DNA of 64,000 nucleotides, from assembly GCA_951406725.2 (NCBI GenBank), contig OX597818.1, positions 17,236,001 through 17,300,000 of the forward strand, in the 5' to 3' direction. The notes below the pieces were generated by a model. That model was given only the letters and a program-made list of their open reading frames with translations. It had not been told where the DNA came from and searched no databases. Below are positions 52,277 to 64,000 of this stretch, in pieces (position 1 is the stretch's first letter; each line of letters opens with the position of its first letter). The stretch comes from Octopus vulgaris (Eukaryota). The position numbers and the translations under genes were made by a program.

Positions 52277-54081
52277 TGTATGCGTATGCAAATATACAGA
52301 CTCGCACATGTATAAGTACGCTAGTGCGTGCGATTAATCAAAAGTTTTTGACACGTATATTTAATATAGATGGTTCCATTTTCTATGTCTTTAAGTTTGA
52401 GTTCTGGCCATACTGAAACTTTGCATTATTCTCAATAGCTTGTGTTCAGGTCTTTGCTATTTCAATGCGCATACATGTGTATGTTTGTAATTGGTGACTC
52501 AGTGAGTCAATGGAATTCGCTTTACCTATTACTAAGTAAAACTGGCTTAAATTAGGGCTTGGAAAATAAAGATTCTGAGGCCTTCATCCTATTCCTTATT
52601 TCTTTATGTAAATAATTAAATACCAAACATTTTCTCAATGTAAGACTCTCTTAATAAGACTGTTTTTATTAATTTTTACCTGATGCGATTTTAGCAGTTT
52701 AAGAGGGAATCTTTCTACGCTTTTATTTATTCAATAATCCTCTCTACTATAGGCACAAGGCCTAAATTTTGGGGAAGGGGTAGTTGATTACAACGATCCC
52801 AGTACTCAATCGGTACATATTTGATCGTTCCCAAAGGATAAAAGGCAAAGTCGACCTCGGCGGAATGTGAACTCAGAACGTAAAGAGACGAAATACCTAT
52901 TTCTTTATTACCCACAAGGGGCTAAACAAAAAAGGAGACGAACAAGGACAGACAAAGGGATTAAGTCGATTACATCAACTCCAGTGCGTAACTGGTACTT
53001 AATTTATCGACCCCGAAAGGGTGAAAGACAAAGTCGACCTCGGTGGAATTTAAACTCAGAACGTAACGGCAGACGAAATACCTCTAAGCATTTCGCCCGG
53101 CGTGCTAACGATTCTGCCAGCGCGCCACCTTTCTGCCTTTCTGTTTATTCAATAATGTATACAAAAGTTTGATATTTTACCACCCAGAATCTTCCAGATA
53201 TAGATGATGTGTATGCTTCCCTTCTGCGTGCTAATGTTTAGAGTTCTAGACGTTGGCGTCGTTCCCAGTAGTTTGGCTATTTTTTTCTGACGCTATCTTG
53301 GTGGAAGATTCTTCTAGTTTTCCTAGTAAATATATTTGTCTAGGAATAATTTTGGTTAGCTAATGTTGTACACAGCTCAGAACCATGTTCTCTAAAATAT
53401 CAACATTACTGCAGACTCTCTTGTAGAGAAGGGCAGCTAGCCAGACGATTTCCTATACGTGTTTTCAAAGCATTTAACGTGTCTTGTTACATATGTTCTG
53501 AGGTGATTAGCATTTTGAAATTGGTTCTTTTTCTTTTTTTTAGGGTCATGTAAATCCAGTCTCTGAATAAGTTTTTAGTTTATCATACCCAACTGACCTT
53601 TGTTGAAATAATTTCATTTTCTTCTTGTGATTCAATGCCAAGTCATGTCATTTATTATTATTAATTAACATAAGTAACACCTACGACATTCTGTGCACTG
53701 GGTACAGATGTCCGATGTTGAAAGACCTAAAGTACGTTATGACACCAGGGAAACATTACTGATGATGTACCCAGAAGTATACAGAATGATGTATGGTAAA
53801 AATGTGTGTTGCATCGATGAAAAATAAAAAGTATTGTTGAATATCATTTTATTTGAGATTGCATGTCAAAACTAGAGCGATCATACTGGGTAAGAGTCAT
53901 AATAGCCATTAAAAAAAATATCCATATATACAGATATGGTCAATTTTGATGTATTTCTAGATAGTATGTTGTATACTAGAAGCCGCGAAGTCATTTCATC
54001 CTACAACTCCAGCCTAGTCGCTAATAAAATTTCACCTGCGTGTGTATACACACACACACATTTATATATATATATATATAT

Positions 54082-54255
54082 ATCATCATCATCGTTTAAC
54101 GTCCGTTCTCCATGCTAGCATGGGTTGGACGGTTCGACCGGGGATCTGGGAAGCGAGAAGGCTGCACCAGACTCAAGTCTTATCTGGCAATATTTCTACA
54201 GCTGGATGCCCTTCCTAACGCCAACCACTCTGTGAGTGTAGTGGGTGCTTTTTAC
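54082..54255 (-). mobile_element. 3' end of an RTE-type LINE or RTE-tailed SINE
   Basis: (CAT)n followed by cgtttaacgtccgttctccatgctagcatgggttggacgg..ggatgcccttcctaacgccaacc. A related decayed copy lies at about 61155-61295. Confidence 0.55.
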
Positions 54256-54305
<50 letters not shown>

Positions 54306-54364
54306 GTGTGTATGTATGATGTATGTATGTGTGTGTGAGCATGTATGCACACACACATACACGC

Positions 54365-54431
<67 letters not shown>

Positions 54432-54779
54432 CACTCATACACACGTTTGCAACCACACAGAGATAGTACTCAATACATGCCATAGTTTTTTGTTTTTTTA
54501 TTCGAACATTCTACATGTAACGAGAACAATAGTTATAAACGATAACATCAATTGAAATTTCTCATCCGTTCTATAACCTAGATATATGTATTCTGAAAGA
54601 TGACATTCGTGTAGTTAATAAATTTATACTCAATTCGATTACCCTCAGAATTAAAAACAACAGCACGATATAAGCACAATGGGTCTGCAGCACCGCTATT
54701 ATCCTATGGTTCGACAGTATAGAAAATAAAACTTATATCTCTTTTCTTAAGTAAGCTGGAATTCAGGCAAACTTTTGCT

Positions 54780-55147
54780 ACCCATATGATAGTGATCGAG
54801 CGATTATCATAAACGTCGGGAAGGAATACTTTTTTTATGACAAAACATTCAGGTTCAAAACTGCTGCGTTATTTACGCAGAAAGTACTTTGAATGTTAAG
54901 AGAATCCAGATTCTGTAGCCTTAAGTATTGGGACTTACTAGTGAACCATTTCTTCAAGCCTGTGGCGTTTGAGACGTTTGGAAGGGCTTGGCCGCTAACG
55001 GCGAAGTTCTTGTCATCGTTGGCGGTTCGCCTTACCGAGGTGTCAGGTGATACCCGTGAGGGTGCTTGGCTGTTCCAACGCCTTAGCCTTGTCATCGCCC
55101 GTGGTTATGCCACAAGCATGTTGGCTTGCTTCAATAGGTTCCATTGA
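54780..55147 (+). mobile_element. CRE-clade non-LTR retrotransposon C-terminal relic
   Basis: KYWDLLVNHFFKPVAFETFGRAWPLTAKFLSSLAVRLTEVSGDTREGAWLFQRLSLVIARGYATSML matches the KY..L....F.P.A.ET.G..GD.RE...LFQRLS..I.RGNA end of CRE RLE domains. Confidence 0.75.
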
Positions 55148-55295
55148 ACCTTGTGGTGTGCGACCTTTTTCTTTCTTCCTCTTTTCCTCTGCTTCGCTAA
55201 TGTTTGCGCTTTCTTCGGTTTGGGATTTGTATTTTAATGTGGCTTAGTATTATATATGAATCATATACATACGTGTTATATATGTGATTATTACC

Positions 55296-55516
55296 TCTCT
55301 TTTATTACTCTTTTGCTTGTTTCAGTCATTTGACTGCGGCCATGCTGGAGCACCGCCTTTAGTCGAGCAAATCGACCCCGGGACTTATTCTTTGTAAGCC
55401 CAGTACTTATTCTATCAGTCTCTTTTGCCGAACCGCTAAGTGACGGGGACGTAAACACACCAGCATCGGTTGTCAAGCAACGCTAGGGAGACAAACACAG
55501 ACACACACACACACAC

Positions 55517-55565
<49 letters not shown>

Positions 55566-55729
55566 CGACAGGCTTCTTTCAGTTTCCGTCTACCAAATCC
55601 ACTCACAAGGCATTGTTCGGGCCGGGGCTATAGCAGAAGACACTTGCCCAAGATGCCACGCAGTGGGACTGAACCCGGAACCATGTGGTTGGTTAGCAAG
55701 CTACTTACCACACAGCCACTCCTGCGCCT
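55296..55729 (-). mobile_element. SINE family B, full length
   Basis: tRNA-like head aggcgcaggagtggctgtgtggtaag..gggttcagtccc and a (gagtaaaa)-type tail. Confidence 0.9.
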
Positions 55730-55874
55730 GCAGGAGTGTTGGGATTAAAAAAAAAACTTTCATTCAGATTTGTTTTGTCATATGACAAGATACAAAAATG
55801 AAACTACATGGATCGTAATTAGAAATCATTGTACGAAGAACGTCTTAAATAAGCTTTACTCTTAATGCAATTCA

Positions 55875-56252
55875 TCTTTATATATAAAAGTGAAGTTGTG
55901 TGTCTGTCTCCTACGATTTAGATTCCTAACTACTCACACATTTTGCGGTGCAGTGTAACCAAAACCGGGTATCTTATAGTCGTGATTCATATCAAGCCCT
56001 TCTGGGTATTAGCGCGCGTCTGCGATGAGTCTACGATTTAAAAAAAAAATTACCATAATTTTTTTCCATTTTAATGCATTTTTCGCTATTATATAAGGGA
56101 AGTAACTCTCTAAAAAATCTACGGTGAGTCAACGATTTAAAAAAAAAATTTACCATAATTTTTTTCCATTTTTAATGCATTTTTTTGTTATCTAAAAATG
56201 CTTATATAGTTTTTCCCTTACAAGCCCGAGCAACGCCGGGCGATACTGCTAG
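55875..56252 (+). mobile_element. Non-autonomous Helitron
   Basis: Starts A|TCtttatatataaaag and ends with the hairpin cccgagcaacgccggg followed by CTAG at 56249-56252. It has an internal duplication of acgatttaaaaaaaaa..ttaccataattttttt. Confidence 0.75.
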
Positions 56253-56625
56253 CCGTATATAAAAAGATATGGTATAGCAAATGATACGGCTGAAGATATA
56301 AAAATCACAAAATCTCCTATACAAAATCAAATGGCTTTAAGTAGTTACTTGTATGAAATAGTAAAATACTGCAGCTGCGAAGGTTAGAAATTTCTTACTG
56401 TTACTGTTTTATAAACAAGAATACACAGATACCCATACACACACACATAAGCAATATACATACATACATACATACATACATATGTGTATGTGGTGTGTAT
56501 TGTATATGTATATGTATATATGTGTGTATATATGCATGTATATTGCGTATGTCTTGAATATATATGTATATATTCTTACACATGTACAAAAGCATATATG
56601 ATTTATGTGTGTATGTATATATATA

Positions 56626-56670
<45 letters not shown>

Positions 56671-56839
56671 GTATGTGTGTGTATACACACATACATATAT
56701 AGTTACACACACATACACTCATACATATATATAGTGAGAGAGAGAGAGGTGGGGTGTTTGGGAAAAATAAAACAAACAAGGAAAATACAAAATATCTAAT
56801 ATTAGTCTGACACTTGAAGAAAGAGAAAAGAACTGAAAA

Positions 56840-58000
<1,161 letters not shown>

Positions 58001-58942
58001 AGTCAGTGTGGAAAGTAATGGGTTCCGATTGTAAGGAATCAGAAGAACTGTAGAATAGTGCGGTAACTAACCTTAATTGAGAACACGTGTTATCGAACGC
58101 TTTCTTGCCATGACTTTTTTTATTTTTACCAAGGACCATATTATATAAAGTTCGTCAGTTTTTAAGTCAGTGGGTAAGAATTTAGGGAACATGACCATTA
58201 TTTCTAGCAGGTTGATTCGTCATGGTTGTCTTTATAGAAACAGGCGATGCTCCGGTATGACTTTGGGCCTAATGACTAAAACATACCTAAGAACAGGTCA
58301 CTGCTCTAAATAAGGCATGTGCAGAACCCAAATATCCTGTCAGATGGATGCAGCTAACGTTTCTCTTCAACAGTTACAAGCTGGAAGCGGCAAGAAAACT
58401 TAGAGCGTAGAATTTCGCAACGTCCGACGTTCCGGAGAAGGAGGAGAAAGATTGGGATCGGTGGTTATTAAAAAGGTTGGAAAATGGACACAATATTGGT
58501 AACGAGACGAAGTGAAAGGACAAGTGAATCGTGAAGTGTTGTGGAGGTAAGAAGAGACTGGTCAGCTCCAAAAATAGGCTACTTGTAGAATAGTGACGGT
58601 AGAAAAGACAAAGAGTAAGAGAGAGAGAGAGAGAGAGAGACCTTAGACGGCATTGTGGAAAAGTCACTTTATCTCGAGTATTGCGTATCTAGGGCTACAA
58701 CATCCAATGTGTCATCCCTTTCAAAACGATCGGGTGTAATGTTAAGAGAGATTTGGCGAGGTCTTAAAGGTCGAGTGAGTATGAAGTGAGAGTATTTGGA
58801 GAATATGCAATTGGAAATAAGATTGGAAGTGTTCTTTCATAATTTACTCCAGAAACTAGAGAAGAACTCTTTCCGTAGGCTACAGAATGGACTGTGTTGG
58901 TGAACGTCTTCATGTCATTCAGTCAAACGGTCTTGGGTATTT

Positions 58943-59169
58943 ACTCTTTACTCTTTTTACTCTTTTACTTGTTTCAGTCATTTGACTGCGACCATGCTGG
59001 AGCACCACCTTTAGTCGAGCAAATCGACCCCGGAACTTATTCTTTGTAAGCCCAGTACTTATTCTATCGGTCTCTTTTGCCGAACCGCTAAGTGTCGGGG
59101 ACGTAAACACACCAGCATCGGTTGTCAAGTAATGCTAGAGGGACAAACACAGACACACAAACACACACA

Positions 59170-59219
<50 letters not shown>

Positions 59220-59385
59220 TACGACAGGCTTCTTTCAGTTTCCGTCTACCAAATCCACTCACAAGGCTTTGGTCGGCCCGAGGCTATAGCAGAAGACACT
59301 TGCCCAAGATTCCACGCAGTGGGACTGAACCCAGAACCATGTGGCTGGTTAGCAAGCTACTTACCACACAGCCACTCCTGCGCCT
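58943..59385 (-). mobile_element. SINE family B, full length
   Basis: Nearly identical to the copy at 55296-55729. Confidence 0.9.
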
Positions 59386-60880
59386 TTGTGTGAGTAGCTG
59401 CTGCAGCACCGTTTCAAAATGGTGGGGCAGTACTTCATTTTATGCATTGCATATCTCACTTGCTTTTTGTAAAGAGTTAGCCGTTGTTAATAGCTAAAGT
59501 ATTTTCTGCCTTTGAAGAAGACTAGAGTTTGTGTTGCATTCATTATATTTACAATGTTAAGGATGTACATTCGCCAAGACCATCAGTGATAGATAGACAT
59601 AGCATTTGTAGCGACTTCGAGGTCTCTAATTGCGTGTTATTCATGTTTAAGTCTCAGTGATGAGGTATGGTTACATTTTGTTAGAATATGTGATAATTAT
59701 ATTTTTGTGGTCTGTTGAAGGAGTCAACTTTGTTGTGACTTCATTGGATGATGTTTTCGAAGTCTTTGTTGATAGATGCCGTACAGGTTTGGCGTAAGGT
59801 GTCTCAATGTTGCATATAGATGCTGCTTAGTGTGAAATATTAGGGAGAAATGAAAAGTGGTTCCAGCTACAAAGAACTGAGTATCGGCAAGCCGTAGAAA
59901 GTGAGGGCAAAACTGAACCTTGAGGCTCACCAGAAATGATAAAATGCGAATCTTGGGGAAATTTCACCAGAACACACCACGATTGAATCTTCTGACAGAG
60001 AACAACCGATCCAAGAGAAAATATATTAATTTCTCATAAAATATTTAACAAGCAATCATCACGTACTAGCAATTTTTTAATACACGTTTGAATGTGTAGA
60101 AACGTATTGTGAAAGTACGCATCGTTATTTTGAATCATATAGTTCTGCTTGGCTTTAATAATTTAATATCAATGGGAAAAGCCCTCCCCTGTGTCAGTAA
60201 ATACTTTGTTTTCTGATTTAATTAAATACAAATAGTTGTTCCTGTTTAATTCTAAAGGACCGGGAGATGTCTATCACTAAAGAGGTGCAGTTACACCGAA
60301 ACACTGGTGTCTGATTTCACCTAGAGCGTGTGTGGTGTTTGCACACATCATATACTGGGAAAGGTCGATCTTTGAGACAATATCCAATAGGGAAAAGCTA
60401 TTTGTGTGTTCGAATGTACAGGAACGTGCTAATAATGGATGTAAACATCGTTGTTTTTTGAGCCTATAATAATTACAATATCTTTCTTCAGTCAACTGCA
60501 TTTTCACCCTTACTGATGATTGTTAACATACATGAAACACGTATGAACAAAGGATTTCTATTTTGTAAACCTATTTTCAATGAGCTCGACATTCAAGTAC
60601 TGAACACTTTAATATGTTTCAATGTTATTTTGGTATCGAGAAGTGGGTAGCGTTACTCAGGGGTTCAGTACCAGTCACAGTCGAGTACATTGTTGCTCCC
60701 ACCAAAGTTTTCAAAGGCGCAACCATACCTATAAATCCCATCCATGCATCTAGCCAGCCAGCCAGCCATCACATACACTCATACACGCGCGCACGTACAC
60801 ACACACACGGACAAAAGTGCGCAATAAGCATACACATACATACATACATACATACATACATACATACATACATACATACA

Positions 60881-60912
<32 letters not shown>

Positions 60913-61507
60913 CAAAACAATATATTTAGTCACCGAATTAGTTACTGGCTGGAAATCTATAAAGGTAAAAAAAAAACTTTAATAAATTCAAAAGAATACA
61001 GTGGAGATTTGAAAATCATTCCAGAGGTACTTTATTTAAGATTCCTGGACTAAATACATGCATGCTGCAAAATGTGCATTTAGAATACACATAAGCAGTA
61101 ATGAAGCACGTACTTGTATAGTAAGGTGACATTTACATCCACAACATCAACATCCTCATCTTCATTTAAACGTCCATTTTCTATGCTGCCATAGGTTTGA
61201 CGGCTTGTCAGGAGCTGGGAAGGCCAGCAGCCGCACTAGATTCCATTTGTCTGTTTTGATAGGGTTTCTGCAGCTTGATGATCTGCTTAACGCATGTGCA
61301 TATATATATAAGGAGATTACGGCAGCGTTACTGGAAATTAATAGTTATCACCATACTAATATGGCAGTCTTATAAATATAAGACTAAAGCTGTCGCTGAT
61401 TAGCTCCAAGAGGCCACCGCCTCAAGCTAGCTATTTGACACACAATATGCGTCCATTATAAACCTTCGAACAGGGAAGGTCAGCCGCTTCATCCTGCCAG
61501 TCAGACA

Positions 61508-61550
61508 GCTGCAGATATGTTTCAGGGTATTTGCCCTTTATCAATGCAGC
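61508..61550 (-). ncRNA. Decayed minimal hammerhead motif
   Basis: GCUGCA-UUGAUAA-AGGG-caaaua-CCCU-GAAA-CAUA-UC-UGCAGC. Stems I and II are perfect, but the core carries transition mutations. Confidence 0.5.
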
Positions 61551-63666
61551 GTAGTCAAACCCAGCAGGTGTCGCTACTGACTGTCCCTGTTCGAAGAATC
61601 TATTTACCTAGTTTCAGTGGAATACATCCACTTGTTTTCAATAATAGAAATATTAAAATGACTAAGTCTCTCTAATCACATACATGCATACATACATACA
61701 TAGTACTATGGGATGATCAAATTCAGTGGATGAAACACAAAACTTTTATGATGTTTAGCTGTATCAGAGTTACATCCAAGTTACTGTAAAAGTCTCTGGC
61801 CTCTAGTCTCTCACAAGCTCAACAAAATACCAGGTAAAGTACAGAAGATTAATTTAACCGATATAATAAACTAAATCCTTTGAAAAACGATACCTTACCA
61901 TATTTGCAGTCCAATGGTTGAAAACTATTTAATAGAATAACAGAATGGAGAAATAAACATGTTTTGTTGAAGAATATTTTTATTTCTTTATTTATTCTAC
62001 CAAATTATCATATATTTATAATATTCTCACAATATATATACACAATTGTTACAATATATATACAATACATATACTTTTGAAGCGATTAGCATGCTATAGC
62101 TACATAGCTACATTGCTTTCAGCTAAAATGGTCTATATATTGCAGGGAGGGTGGAAAGGTAAAACGAAATATGAGAATTAATCATGGTTGAGTACATCTT
62201 TAAAATAATAAGGGTAACAGTTCATAGGGTACAGTTGTCACAATGCCAAAACATATTGAAGGTATTTTTCATAATTGTTCTGAAATATAGTTTTGATTAT
62301 ATACTTGATGTATTATTTTGACATTTTTTTCTGAGTATCGAATGATTTGAGTTTTGTTTGCTTTTTTTTTTTTTCATTTGCTCTTTTTTTTTTTTTTTGG
62401 TTGTTGTTCTGTGGAGTACTTTGATGATTTGAGACACATCTTTGTCAAGCATTAATGAAATTTTAACTGTAATGAAATACAATTCGGTTGATTAGATGTG
62501 GAATAATTCTCTACTATTTTAAAACACACAGTAGGTTTAATTAGTACAGAAAATACAAATTGGTCATTCAATTTTCCGTTCAAAGCTATTTAGATTGTCA
62601 AACTCCTCACAATTATCCAGCATGTGTAAGGATTATTTAATCATCTTGTTTTCTACAGCTGTCGATTATAAGAAAAATTCAGCTAAATACCAGAATTGTT
62701 TAAAAGTCCCCTGGAACTGTTTCAACAGTGTTTGGTTGTTGTAGTTGGTGTTGTTTAGGTTCTCTAGTTGTAACCATCCCATCATATTTCCAGGCATTTT
62801 TTGTTCTTCCTTTTCAAGAAGACATGTTGTGATTTCAAGGGAAATTTGGCTGATATTTCTAACAGACCTTCCATGGAACACTGTTGTTTGGTTGCCTTAA
62901 AACAATATAAACCCCTGCCCTCCAGACAAAGCAATGAACTGAAGCTTATATCTTTTATTTAATAAAACCAAGCCATAAAATACATACATCAGTGTTGGCC
63001 CACCAGACTTGTGGGTCCCCTAGAAAAATGCCTGGTGTTCCCATGTCTTAAAACAGCACTGTCTTCCTGTGTCTCAAGACAGCACTGGGTCATTATTGAT
63101 GGCATAAAACATCCAAAGTTTTCTTATACTTATTATTTATTTTATTATACAAGCAAATACTCACAAAGTCAGACAACTTCTCATGTTCTAGATTGTCTGT
63201 TAATATATTGCCTCCCCCCATGTGTATCATTATGCTTTCTTTTTCAAATCTGCATGTATAGGCATACATTAATATGTTCATCAAAGTTGTGGTCAAAGGT
63301 TGTAAGATTAGAGAAGCTATTTCTTCTTTTGTTGTACATTGTCTTCTTTTCTCATATATAAATATATTAACAAGTAAACTGATTAAACTGAATTATGATG
63401 AAGATATTTATGATTCTTATAAAGCTGCAGTGCCTGTATATAGATTCACATACAAATATGTATAGGATGCACATATAAGATGAAAGCAATCAAGCATAAC
63501 AAATGTTTATTCTCATATGTAAAACCTTGCTAAACATACCATTGTAAACAGCTCTGTCCAGAAAAAACTTAAAGGAGTGTTGTATAAACTTTCATGGCGG
63601 TGCCCCAGCATGGCCACAGCTCATGAGCTGAAACTGGAATCAATCAATCAATCAATATATATATAC

Positions 63667-63767
<101 letters not shown>

Positions 63768-63804
63768 TATATATATATACATATATATATACATATATAT
63801 ATAC

Positions 63805-63854
<50 letters not shown>

Positions 63855-63902
63855 ATGTATAAATATAAATGTATGTATATATATATATATGTACATACAT
63901 AC

Positions 63903-63936
<34 letters not shown>

Positions 63937-64000
63937 ATGTATATATATATGCATATATATATAGTGCACATATGCTGACGTACACAAAAATATAGGTGTA

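Overview
This is eukaryotic DNA, AT-rich and saturated with microsatellites, and almost certainly from a coleoid cephalopod (Octopus-like SINE families plus an S-crystallin/GST-sigma gene). Three protein-coding genes are supported. (1) The last four coding exons of a short-loop S-crystallin/sigma-class GST (+, 2975-9372); its 5' exons were not found and are presumably upstream of the window. (2) A complete three-exon secreted protein of 247 aa with three peritrophin-A/ChtBD2-like modules (-, 34453-23180). (3) An uninterrupted 428-aa ORF made of two tandem EB1-type calponin-homology domains with no EB1 dimerisation domain (+, 50825-52111). The rest is repeats: three mariners (one nested in a Tc1), a maT/DD37D element, Tigger relics, a non-autonomous Helitron, a long-TIR MITE, R4/Dong, CRE, RTE and Penelope relics, and dozens of tRNA-derived SINEs. 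The most striking unexplained structure is a dispersed set of minimal type-I hammerhead ribozyme motifs (at least 8, from several families, 2-3 with near-intact cores). Most sit in short fold-back or direct-repeat elements embedded in (TA)n/(TACA)n tracts. Nearly all other ORFs in the six-frame track are microsatellite artefacts. All family assignments come from motif recognition by eye, with no database searches.
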